64,000 nt of DNA from Mobula hypostoma (GCF_963921235.1 NC_086104.1:68138001-68202000); one strand, 5' to 3'. Positions 13,431 to 24,958 are shown, numbered from the stretch's first letter. Made by a program: numbers and translations. The notes: generated by a model from the sequence alone, not told the origin.

Positions 13431-14459
13431 CAATTCCCTAGCTTAAAATTATGTGAAATAAGAGCAGGAGTAGACCATTTAGTGCTTCAAGCATTGTCCG
13501 CAATTCATGAAAATCGTGACTGAATATCTACTTTGGAGGTATTTTCTTAAATTATCCCCCAATTCTTTGATTCCTTCAATATCTAGCAATCCATTGACCT
13601 CTGTCTTAAAAGACGACAAAACCTGAGCCTCCACTTCCCATAAGGATAGGGCATTCTCAGCGTGACAAAAATTTTCCTCATCTATCTTTAAATACCAGCA
13701 CGTTATTTTGACACTACTTCCAGACAGGGAAAATCCTGATGCAGAATCTTGACCCAAAAAGTTGACCAACTCTTTGCCTGCATAGATGCTGCCTGACCCA
13801 CTGAGTTCCTCCAACAGTTTGCTTTTTGCTCCAGATTTCAGCATCTGCAGTCTCTCTTGTGTGTCTCCCAAAACCATTTTGTTCTTCAACCAAACATACT
13901 CACTGGAGTTTGGCAACACTTCGACCACTTTCTCTAAAGTGGACTTGTTTTTCATTGCACCTGTGGATACTGATACTTGTGTACATGACAATAAGCCAAT
14001 TCCAATCCAGAGTTCAGTAAAGATTCACTGTGCTCCCTCAATGGCAAATAGATCTTTTTTTGTAAAGGTAAGAATGACATCCACTCCACCTCCCATCAGT
14101 GACATCCTCCCAGGCCCCACTGGACCGAAAAACAAGTTACTTCCTTCAAACCGTCAGGCTGATCAACAGCTTCACCCATTAACCCACCCCACCAACACTA
14201 CATCCACATCACCTAGCGTCACTTTTTGTACATAGCAGTTACTTGTTTAATATCACAATGTTTTGTTTTGTGTTCAAAAGTGGATAACCATACATCTGCC
14301 GTACTCCTGTCCACTCTCTCAGCGTGCCCTTGAGGGCACTCCAGAACCTCTTCCTTCCTCACACCTGGTTTTATACGAGTGATACATGTGATAATATGAG
14401 ACATCAGCCAAATCGTGGAAACATTGGGAATGCCTGTCGTACTCGGAGGAGGGAAAGCT

Positions 14460-14745
14460 TTCTGCACCCAGGCAGCCGCGAGCTGTGACGTCACCGTTTG
14501 ACGGCATCGCTCGCTGTGACGTCACAACCAGCGTTAGAGGGGACATCAACTGTTGGCCGAGCATCGGCTCACATCGGGCGTGCAGACATTCAAGAACGGG
14601 GAGCGGTGAGAGAAAAGGGCGGGGCGAAGTGAGTGACAGGCCTTTGGGGCAGGGGCGGGGCTAAGCGAGCGACGAGACGACAAGATGAACGAATGACAGC
14701 CCGGCGTCGATGGGCGTGGAGCGGAGTGAAGGCGGGAACGGAAAG
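14460..14745 (+). promoter_or_regulatory. CpG-island promoter with two full CRE sites and GC boxes; probable non-coding CCSAP exon 1
   Basis: TGACGTCA at 14486-14493 and 14517-14524 within a 13-bp direct repeat; GGGGCGGGG boxes; candidate donor GCG|GTGAGA near 14607. Confidence 0.6.
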
Positions 14746-17700
14746 GGGCGGGGCGGAGGAATGAGTGACGGGCCGTTGGGAATAGAGGCGGGCCGGAGGA
14801 CTGAGTGACGGGCCGTAGAGTATAGCGGAAGGGCGGAGGAATGAGTGAAGGGCCGTTGAGTGTAGAGGCAGGGCGGAGGAATGAGTGACGGGCCGTTTAG
14901 TGTAGTGGCAGGGCGGAGGAATGAGTGACGGGCGTTGAGCGGAGGGGAAGGGCGGAGGAATGAGTGACGGGCGTTGAGCGTAGGGGGAAGGGCGGAGGAA
15001 TGAGTGGACGGGCCGTTGAGTGTAGGGGAAGGGCAGAGGGATGAGTGACGGGCCGTTTAGTGTAGGGGCAGGGCGGAGGGATGAGTGACGAGCCGTTGAG
15101 CGTAGGGGAGGAGCAGAGGGATGAGTGACGGGCCGTTGAGCGTAGGGGAGGAGCAGAGGGATGAGTGACGGGCCGTTGAGCGTAGGGGAGGAGCAGAGGG
15201 ATGAGTGGACGGGCCGTTGAGCGTAGGGGGAAGGGCAGAGGGATGAGTGACGGGCCGTTGAGCGGAGGGGAAGGGCGGAGGAATGAGTGACGGGCGTTGA
15301 GCGTAGGGGGAAGGGCAGAGGGATGAGTGGACGGGCCGTTGAGCGGAGGGGAAGGGCGGAGGAATGAGTGGACGGGCCGTTGAGCGGAGGGGAAGGGCGG
15401 AGGAATGAGTGGACGGGCCGTTGAGCGTAGGGGGAAGGGCAGAGGGATGAGTGACGGGCCGTTTAGTGTAGGGGCAGGGCGGAGGAATGAGTGACGGGCG
15501 TTGAGCGTAGGGGGAAGGGCAGAGGGATGAGTGGACGGGCCGTTGAGCGGAGGGGAAGGGCGGAGGAATGAGTGACGGGCGTTGAGCGTAGGGGGAAGGG
15601 CAGAGGGATGAGTGACGGGCCGTTTAGTGTAGGGGCAGGGCGGAGGAATGAGTGACGGGCCGTTGAGCGTAGGGGAGGAGCAGAGGGATGAGTGACGGGC
15701 CGTTGAGCGTAGGGGAGGAGCAGAGGGATGAGTGACGGGCCGTTGAGCGGAGGGGAAGGGCGGAGGAATGAGTGACGGGCGTTGAGCGGAGGGGAAGGGC
15801 GGAGGAATGAGTGACGGGCCGTTTAGTGTAGTGGCAGGGCGGAGGAATGAGTGACGGGCGTTGAGCGGAGGGGAAGGGCGGAGGAATGAGTGACGGGCCG
15901 TTGAGCGAAGGGCGGAGGAATGAGTGGACGGGCCGTTGAGTGTAGGGGAAGGGCAGAGGGATGAGTGACGGGCCGTTTAGTGTAGGGGCAGGGCGGAGGA
16001 ATGAGTGACGGGCCGTTGAGCGTAGGGGAGGAGCAGAGGGATGAGTGACGGGCCGTTGAGCGTAGGGGAGGAGCAGAGGGATGAGTGACGGGCCGTTGAG
16101 CGGAGGGGAAGGGCGGAGGAATGAGTGACGGGCGTTGAGCGGAGGGGAAGGGCGGAGGAATGAGTGACGGGCCGTTTAGTGTAGTGGCAGGGCGGAGGAA
16201 TGAGTGACGGGCGTTGAGCGGAGGGGAAGGGCGGAGGAATGAGTGACGGGCCGTTGAGCGAAGGGCGGAGGAATGAGTGGACGGGCCGTTGAGTGTAGGG
16301 GAAGGGCGGAGGAATGAGTGACGGGCCGTTTAGTGTAGGGGCAGGGCGGAGGGATGAGTGACGAGCCGTTGAGCGTAGGGGAGGAGCAGAGGGATGAGTG
16401 ACGGGCCGTTGAGCGGAGGGGAAGGGCGGAGGAATGAGTGACGGGCGTTGAGCGTAGGGGGAGGAGCAGAGGGATGAGTGACGGGCCGTTGAGCGTAGGG
16501 GGAAGGGCAGAGGGATGAGTGGACGGGCCGTTGAGCGTAGGGGGAAGGGCAGAGGGATGAGTGACGGGCCGTTTAGTGTAGGGGCAGGGCGGAGGAATGA
16601 GTGACGGGCCGTTGAGCGTAGGGGAGGAGCAGAGGGATGAGTGACGGGCCGTTGAGCGGAGGGGGAAGGGCGGAGGAATGAGTGACGGGCGTTGAGCGGA
16701 GGGGAAGGGCGGAGGAATGAGTGACGGGCGTTGAGCGTAGGGGGAAGGGCAGAGGGATGAGTGACGGGCCGTTTAGTGTAGGGGCAGGGCGGAGGAATGA
16801 GTGACGGGCCGTTGAGCGTAGGGGAGGAGCAGAGGGATGAGTGACGGGCCGTTGAGCGTAGGGGAGGAGCAGAGGGATGAGTGACGGGCCGTTGAGCGTA
16901 GGGGAGGAGCAGAGGGATGAGTGACGGGCCGTTGAGCGTAGGGGAGGAGCAGAGGGATGAGTGACGGGCCGTTGAGCGGAGGGGGAAGGGCGGAGGAATG
17001 AGTGACGGGCGTTGAGCGGAGGGGAAGGGCGGAGGAATGAGTGACGGGCGTTGAGCGTAGGGGGAAGGGCAGAGGGATGAGTGACGGGCCGTTTAGTGTA
17101 GGGGCAGGGCGGAGGAATGAGTGACGGGCCGTTGAGCGTAGGGGAGGAGCAGAGGGATGAGTGACGGGCCGTTGAGCGGAGGGGAAGGGCGGAGGAATGA
17201 GTGACGGGCGTTGAGCGTAGGGGGAAGGGCGGAGGAATGAGTGACGGGCGTTGAGCGTAGGGGGAAGGGCAGAGGGATGAGTGACGGGCCGTTTAGTGTA
17301 GGGGCAGGGCGGAGGAATGAGTGACGGGCCGTTGAGCGTAGGGGAGGAGCAGAGGGATGAGTGACGGGCCGTTGAGCGGAGGGGAAGGGCGGAGGAATGA
17401 GTGACGGGCGTTGAGCGGAGGGGAAGGGCGGAGGAATGAGTGACGGGCGTTGAGCGTAGGGGGAAGGGCGGAGGAATGAGTGACGGGCGTTGAGCGTAGG
17501 GGGAAGGGCAGAGGGATGAGTGACGGGCCGTTTAGTGTAGGGGCAGGGCGGAGGAATGAGTGACGGGCCGTTGAGCGTAGGGGAGGAGCAGAGGGATGAG
17601 TGACGGGCCGTTGAGCGGAGGGGAAGGGCGGAGGAATGAGTGACGGGCGTTGAGCGGAGGGGAAGGGCGGAGGAATGAGTGACGGGCGTTGAGCGTAGGG

Positions 17701-17857
17701 GGAAGGGCGGAGGAATGAGTGACGGGCGTTGAGCGTAGGGGGAAGGGCAGAGGGATGAGTGACGGGCCGTTGAGTGTAGGGGCAGGGCGGAGGAATGAGT
17801 GACGGGCCGTTGAGCGGAGGGGAAGGGCGGAGGAATGAGTGGACGGGCCGTTGAGTG
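14745..17857. repeat. G-rich minisatellite, ~40-bp unit, ~78 copies
   Basis: Consensus GAGTGACGGGCCGTTGAGCG(G/T)AGGGGAAGGGCGGAGGAAT with recurring variant units. Confidence 0.97.
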
Positions 17858-17919
17858 TGGGGCTGAGTAGAAATGATTGAGACTGTGATGGTGTTTGGAG
17901 TAACGACGATATTCGACGA

Positions 17920-18085
17920 GCAATTGGCTAATCTGAAAGGACGAATGGCAGTTTTCGACAACAACGGGATTACAATCTGTGTGATTCCTCCCACAGATTA
18001 ACATCCAAACCCAACAATTTTGTACCAATCAGGGCCGAAACCGGATTACCTGGGAAACCTGGCCCCACCTCTTAGCACCAATCAC
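17920..18085 (+). promoter_or_regulatory. Proximal promoter-like module: CCAAT boxes plus an X-box-like site
   Basis: ATTGG 17923, CCAAT 18025 and 18078, ATTACCTGGGAAAC 18045-18058, GGCCCCACC 18061. Confidence 0.4.
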
Positions 18086-18156
18086 CCGAGAAGAGTTGAC
18101 AATTTGTCAAATGCATTGGGTCACCTGATTTCCTGAAAATAGTGCTCCCGTGTGTC

Positions 18157-18556
18157 ATGACGAAAAGGATGAAGACGGAGTACATGAAGAAATTTAAAGG
18201 ACCAAAATGGGACAACTGCGGCAGCTGCTATTCCGATCTGGTGCAGTATCGTAACATGCGGAGGATATTGGAGCAAGCGCACATTCCTTTTGTTTGGACC
18301 GGCTGGGACACCAGTTCCAACTCCAGCAGTGACGCGTCCACCCCAAGGGTACAAGAACAACCTTGGGGTACAAACTGTCCCACAGACAGCTTGCTGCCTG
18401 CGCCCCAAGAACCCGGGGAGCCTCCGCCTGCCGAGCGTTCGCGGACCGAGCCTCCGCCTGCCGAGCGATCGCGGACCGAGCCGCCACCTGCCGAGCGATC
18501 GCGGACCGAGCCTCCGCCTGCCGAGCGTTCCCGTACCTTAGAATGCCATCCTTTGG
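18157..18556 (+). CDS. CCSAP: Centriole, cilia and spindle-associated protein, coding exon 1
   Basis: MTKRMKTEYMKKFKGPKWDNCGSCYSDLVQYRNMRRILEQAHIPFVW resembles the CCSAP N-terminus (KSEYMKRY.EPRWE.YGPCY.ELL.YR..RRLLEQAH.PWLW); donor G|GTAAGT, phase 1. Confidence 0.93.
18418..18537 (+). repeat. Coding 30-bp tandem repeat x4 (EPPPAERSRT)
   Basis: GAGCCTCCGCCTGCCGAGCG(T/A)TCGCGGACC repeated four times in frame. Confidence 0.95.
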
Positions 18557-20179
18557 GTAAGTTTTAAAAACAATACTGGACGATCAGATAGATACTCGGC
18601 GACGAAGTGCTTTCCGTTAACCTTCCCCCCGCCATCCTAAAGTAATATTTCTCTTCATCCAGCAGTGTATTTACCCATTTGTTCGCGGTGAAGCACTGTC
18701 GATTCAGGTTGCAACTTTTGCTGACCTCTCCTCTCCACTCTAAACATCACCGTTCAGATTTAGTTACTGTCCAAAATGCACGCTATCCGTACGTTTGCTG
18801 ACTTGCATTGTGTTGTGCTGTTTCTCAGTCACCTAATAATGAAAATAGGGGCAATAATATCCATTATATCCTTCAGGTCTGCCTGGCCACTCAATCCTAT
18901 TATTCCTGATGATCTACCACAATATTATATCTCTGCACTTTTCACATTCTGCATCTATAAACATATCTGTCTCCTTAAAGATATCAAGCCCCTTGGCCTC
19001 TACAGCCTCAGTTAAACAGTTTCTGCATATGATGAATCCCTTGCTGTGATATCCCCCCCCCCCCGCCCACCCAGCCGAGGTATGCAGCTTCCTGCATCCT
19101 GGCTCCCAACTCTTGTCAGAATTTTATAAATTCTAAATACAACTCTTCTCATTCTTAACTCTAAATAAAAACCTGTTAATGAGCACGGACCTAATGCGTG
19201 CTGATGTGGAGATCATCCCAGTGAATCTTTGGTGTGCCCCCCCCCCATAAGTATATATTTTCTGTGTCAGCTAACCCAACTGTGTACACTACTCCAGATG
19301 TCATCTCATCTTGGTCCTGTATAATATTTAGTGACACATCTTGCTCCTGTACTTGAGTGCACCTAATGTTGCATGACCTGGGCTTAATATTGAATTCTTT
19401 AAAAATGTTCCTTTTTTCCTTTTTTTAATGCTTGTAGTCTGGTTTGCTGAACATATAACAGTATGTCAGAACAGTATCAGTCTCAAATTCCAGAACACTT
19501 GCCAAAGAGATGAAGGTCTCTCAGATGAAATTTCTCTCCATAGAAACCGACTCCTAGTTTTACCACACTTTTCCATTTTCGGGTTTTTATTTATCTTGCA
19601 CAAGTCAAACCAGTTTGGCAAGTCCCATCATTAACATCTATTTACAAAGGCCTAGTAACCTTATGTGCTGATAATGATCACCATTAATTCATTGTTGTCT
19701 CATCTTATTGCAGACATTCCCATTGTTTACATTCCTTTCCCACATTGCTGCCTGCTGACATCCTTGCATTGTCTGGCAATCACAGATCTTGAATTGAATT
19801 GACTTCGGTACTTACACCCTTCACATACATGAGGAGTAAAAATCTTTATGTTACATCTCGGTCTAAATGTGCAATTTATATTAATTTATAATAAACAGTA
19901 TGTACAACAGGATAGTCAGTATAACAGAAATACAGTTGTGTCAGCACGAGTTAAGCAGTCTGATGGCCTGGTGGAAGAAGCTGTTCCAGAGCCTATTGGT
20001 CCTGGCAGGAATTGTTGAAATTTTCCAACATTTTCTGTTTGATTCAAATTTTCAGTATCGGCAATTAAAAAAAAATCATTTTGCCATTGTAGAACAGATG
20101 CACTAGGAGCATTACTGGATAAATTACAAGTGCCCACATTCCCAGTGAACTAAACCTGGAATATTTGGGAATATAATTT

Positions 20180-20660
20180 CTAATGAATTACATGAAAAGC
20201 TTAAGCTTTATAAAAAGGTTAAATCTACAAAATTGTGTTGGAAAAATGGTAACCACAAGGCAGAGATTTAAGACGAATGGAAAAATATTTGGAAAATATT
20301 GTCAGTGAATAAGTAAATGTAGTGTATTTGAATTTTCTGTAGACGTTTTGGTACAGGGCCTTGGGAGGTTGTTAAATTAGAGGGTACTGTTTTGGAGGAG
20401 ATACTAGAATGGATTATGGATTGGATAAAGGGTAGAGAATAAATATTTGTTTTTGATTGTAATTAGTGGAGTATTGCACGGATCCCAAGCTGTTCATATT
20501 CTTTGTTAAGGATTTGGAAAAGGGAATGAATCAGCTGTGCGAAATACAAATTGGCTGATGTCCACAAAGCCAGGTAGCATTGTGAGTGTGAGGAGGATGT
20601 TGAGAAGGATTCAGGAGATTTGAAGAGATTCATCAATTGGGCAAGGATATGATGCATGGA

Positions 20661-20698
<38 letters not shown>

Positions 20699-21130
20699 TG
20701 GTGGTGGTGGAGGGGAAAGTGGTCAACCACTTTAACCAGTTTAAAAACAAAGATTTTTTTTAAATATGAGAAATGGAAAAGTCTTGATATTGATCACTGA
20801 AGTTCAATAATGAGTTGGAAGAGGATTTGAGTTTGAGAATGCTCGATTACAGGTTTCCTGGTGATGCTACCTAAAGAAAATATTAGTTGAGGGAGGGCAG
20901 TGAAATGTCATGAGATTGGTTCTGAGAGTGAGAGGGAAGAGATTGAGCAGACTGAGCCTATACTTGGAAGATTGAGAGCTTTCAAACTTACTTTGCTGGA
21001 CTTGATGAGCTCGAGTCTGGAACCAGGATCACAATATCAAAGTAAGGGTCAAGCATTCTGGAAAGATGTAATTTTTTCTGATGTAGTGATTGTTGGAATT
21101 CTGTCGCCAAATGGCTTGTGGAGGTTTAGT
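20180..21130 (+). mobile_element. Highly decayed CR1 LINE with an internal (TG)n microsatellite (~20663-20696)
   Basis: Residual similarity to the CR1 RT (VNVVYLNF, GSQAV, KLAD); many stops. Confidence 0.55.
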
Positions 21131-21139
21131 CAGTCCCTG

Positions 21140-21626
21140 CGGTTGGTTTATTATTGTTGCATGTAGCAAGATGCAGTGAGAAGCTTGACTGTTCAAACCG
21201 ATCTAGTCATTACACAGTACATTGAACTAGAATAAGGTAAAGTAATAACAATGCAGAATAAAGTGCAAAAACTACAGAGAAAGGGCAGCATGGGTAATAG
21301 CGAGGTAGATTGTGGAGCCAAGAGCCCATCTTATCTCACAAGAGATTCATTCTGGAGTCTGGTAACAGTGGGATCGAAGCTGTTCTTGAGCCTGGTGGTG
21401 ATTGCTTTAATACTTTTGTATCTTCTGCCTGATGGGAGAGGGGAGAAGAGAAATTGTCAAAGATGGGTGGAGTTCTTAATTATTCTGGCTGCTTGATTGA
21501 TGCAGTGTGAGATACAGTCTGTAGAGGATAGGCTAGTTTCCATTATGTTCTGAGCTGTGTCCATGACCTTGTGCAGTTTCTTGCGGTCAAGTGCAGAGCA
21601 GTTTCCTTAACAGCCATTATACATCC
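21140..21626 (-). mobile_element. Rex1/Babar-type LINE 3' fragment (continues at ~24597-24650)
   Basis: Similar to 5670-6580 and 8665-9300; split by the 21627-24584 insertion. Confidence 0.65.
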
Positions 21627-22055
21627 TCCACTCTGTCCGCCACATAGTCATAGTCATACTTTATTGATCCCGAGGGAAATTGGTTTTTGTTACAGTTTCA
21701 GGACAGACAGGATCTCCTGGTAGCCACCCACTTCAACTCTGCTTCCCATTCCTATTCAGATATGTCCATACATGGCCTCCTCTACTGCAATGATGAGGCT
21801 AAACTCAGGTTGGAGGAGCAACACCTCGTATACTGTCTAGGTAGTCTCCAGCCCCTTGGTATGAACATGAATTCTCCAACTTCTGGTAAATCCCTCCCCC
21901 TCCCTTCCTCTATCCCTATTTCACTCTACCCCCTCCCCCAGCTCCCTCATGGTTCCGCCTCCTTCTTCCACTACCCATTGTTTTCAGGGCTATGACGTCA
22001 ATGCTTCCCCTCCCCCACTCCTTGGTCTTTCAACTGACGCTACAAGCATTCTTCA

Positions 22056-24480
22056 AATCCTTCCCCATCTTTCCCCATCAGGAAGTAGCCCAAGAAATAG
22101 TGGATGCATTAGTGATAATTTTTCAAAACTCGTTAGATTCTGGACTAGTTCCTGAGGATTGGAGGGTGGCTAATGTAACCCTGCTTTTTAAAAAAGGAGG
22201 GAGAGAGAAACTGGGGAATTGTAGACCAGTTAGCCTAACGTCGGTGGTGGGGAAACTGCTGGAGTCAGTTATCAAAGATGTGATAGCAGCACATTTAGAA
22301 AGTGGTGAAATCATCGAACAAAGTCAGCATGGATTTGTGAAAGGAAAATCATGTCTGACGAATCTCATAGAATTTTTTGAGGATGTAACTAGTAGAATGG
22401 ATAGGGGAGAACCAGTGGATGTGGTATATTTGGATTTTCAAAAGGCTTTTGACAAGGTCCCACACAGGAGATTAGTGTGCAAACTTAAAGCACACGGTAT
22501 TGGGGGTAAGGTATTGATGTGGATAGAGAATTGGTTATGTTACGTACCCCGTAACTGGGTTGCCAAACCAGCAGAAATGGATCACTCAGTTGGAGTCTGG
22601 AGTACTAGAACTAAGAAAGTTTTATTAAAGAAACAAGCAACACAGTAATTGAAAGGATAATAAATGCAACAGTTCAGCGATGATAAACACACATGTGCAC
22701 AGAATTAAGATAACAGCATCAATCAAGCTCTATCGTTGTCTAGGGGTAAATGACCAAATTTCAAAGTGACTCAAAGTTCAGTCCAGTTTAGTAGTTCAGT
22801 TCGCAGTAATCGTTGCCATGGCGATGGACAACGTGGGGGAAAGGAGAGGGAGAACAGGAACAACTGATCATTCAGACATGGCTTCACTCACAGACCGACG
22901 ATATGGCTCACAAGCAGCTTTTGGGCAGGTCCTTGGTGATGTCACCTGAGGTCACCGACTGTGACCCCTCCTCCAGATGCGGTCGATCCTCTGCAGTGAA
23001 CCCGGCACCCAGGCAAGGGCAGACACACACCGGGTTCCCGCTGATCGTACCTTTCCACCCTGGCCGTTGTCTGGTACTTCCCGCCGACTCGTGAGAAGCG
23101 TACCGCTTCCAGGGTCTCGTTACCTCGGGTGGCGTGTGTCTGCCTTAGCGTACCTGTCCCTTTTTATCCCCCTGCTGGGGCATCGCCTGTCCATCACTTC
23201 AAACAGTTCAAGGTTCAAAGGGGGGAGCCGCTCCAGACAGCTCTCTCTCCCCCGTCCCTTCATTACACATCTCCAGACGCTGCTCCATTGTTCCTTATCT
23301 CTCCTTCCCCTGAGGGCAGGTGGCAGACCACTTGCTGATGTCACTGATGCTAACCTAGGTCAGCAAACATCTTAATTTTATGTGTATTCTCGTCACAGTT
23401 AGCAGACAGGAAGCAAAGAGTGGGAATAAACGGGACCTTTTCAGAATGGCAGGCGGTGACTAGTGGGGTACCGCAAGGCTCAGTGCTGGGACCCCAGTTG
23501 TTTACAATATATATTAATGACTTGGATGAGGGAATTAAATGCAGCATCTCCAAGTTTGCGGATGACAGGAAGCTGGGTGGCAGTGTTAGCTGTGAGGAGG
23601 ATGCTAAGAGGATGCAGAGTGACTTGGATAGGTTGGGTGAGTGGGCAAATTCATGGCAGATGCAATTTAATGTGGATAAATGGGAAGTTATCCACTTTGG
23701 TGGCAAAAATAGGAAAACAGATTATTATCTGAATGGTGGCCAATTAGGAAAAGGGGAGGTGCAACGAGACCTGGGTGTCATTATACATCAGCCATTGAAA
23801 GTGGGCATGCAGGTACAGCAAGCGGTGAAAAAGGCGAATGGTATGCTGGCATTTATAGCGAGAGGATTGGAGTACAGGAGCAGGGAGGTACTACTGCAGT
23901 TGTACAAGGCCTTGGTGAGATCACACCTGGAGTATTGTGTGCAGTTTTGGTCCCCTAATCTGAGGAAAGACATCCTTGCCATAGAGGGAGTACAAAGAAG
24001 GTTCACTAGATTGATTCCTGGGATGGCAGGACTTTCATATGAAGAAAGACTGGATGAACTGGGCTTGTACTCGTTGGAATTTAGAAGATTGAGGGGGGAT
24101 CTGATTGAAACGTATAAAATCCTAAAGGGATTGGACAGGCTAGATGCAGGAAGATTGTTCCCGATGTTGGGGAAGTCCAGAACAAGGGGTCACAGTTTGA
24201 GGATAAAGGGGAAGCCTTTTAGGACCGAGATTAGGAAAAACTTCTTCACCCAGAGAGTGGTGAATCTGTGGAATTCTCTGCCACAGGAAACAGTTGAGGC
24301 CAGTTCATTGGCTATATTTAAGAGGGAGTTAGATATGGCCCTTGTGGCTACGGGGATCAGGGGGTATGGAGGGAAGGCTGGGGCGGGGTTCTGAGTTGGA
24401 TGATCAGCCATGATCATAATAAATGGCGGTGCAGGTTCGAAGGGCCGAATGGCCTACTCCTGCACCTAGTTTCTATGTTT
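22056..24480 (+). mobile_element. Young 5'-truncated CR1 LINE (ORF2 RT), interrupted by a solo LTR
   Basis: ORFs 21992-22648 and 23420-24394 (QHGF, YLDFQKAFDKVPH, VPQGSVLGP, KFADD) join when 22538-23397 is removed; TTTCTATG tail; TSD CATTCTTCA at 22047-22055 and 24481-24489. Confidence 0.95.
22538..23397 (-). mobile_element. Solo LTR, 860 bp, 4-bp TSD GTTA
   Basis: TGTTAC...GTCACA termini; GTTA at 22534-22537 and 23398-23401; minus-strand TATA-like GATAAAAA (~23165) and AATAAA (~22625). Confidence 0.88.
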
Positions 24481-24958
24481 CATTCTTCAGTCCTGACAAA
24501 GGGTTCCGGCCCGAAACGTCGACTCATCGTTTTTGACTGATGCTGCCCGACCTGCTGAGTTCATCCAGCGTACTGAAAGTGTTGCATTATACATCCAGGC
24601 AGAATGCTTTCAATAGATTGAAAATTTGGATGGGGATGTGCTAAATTTATTTACCTTTGTTTCTTTATAGTGTTGAATATTTAAAATGGACATCTTTGAC
24701 TTTGAAGGGAATCCAGGAATATGGAATAGGTGCAGGAAAGTTGCACTAAAGTAACAGATCAGCTGTGATCTCAATTATTGGTAGAACAGGCACAAGAAGC
24801 AGAATTGTTTTCTCTATTTGATTTACTGAGCAATATGATGTGAGCATCATTGTACAGAAAGTTGTTTCAAAATAATGTGTTTATGTAATCTTCAGCTTGT
24901 AAAACTGCTCAACCTTAAAATGCTGACAATTCTTTTTTTTGTTCTTTGCTTTAACCAG

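Larger units (their letters stand above)
21627..24584 (+). mobile_element. Penelope-like element (GIY-YIG C-terminus and pLTR) hosting nested insertions
   Basis: VATHFNSASHSYSDMSIHGLLYC...RLEEQHLVYCLGSLQPLGMN; hammerhead tail at 24489; TSD CATTATACATCC at 21615-21626 and 24585-24596. Confidence 0.85.

Noticed and set aside
13479-14235. 170-aa and 149-aa ORFs
   Set aside because: They run across a patchwork of SINE/LINE/Penelope tails; no homology recognised.
14745-17857. CRISPR-like appearance (constant part plus variable part)
   Set aside because: The variable parts are a few recurring point variants rather than unique spacers; vertebrate context and no cas genes.
17093-18028. 311-aa and 233-aa minus-strand ORFs
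   Set aside because: Translations of the stop-poor C-rich strand of the minisatellite; the 40-bp period cycles through frames and no domain is recognisable.
23420-24394. 324-aa ORF as a host gene or active element
   Set aside because: It is the C-terminal part of CR1 ORF2; the element is 5'-truncated and split by an LTR.
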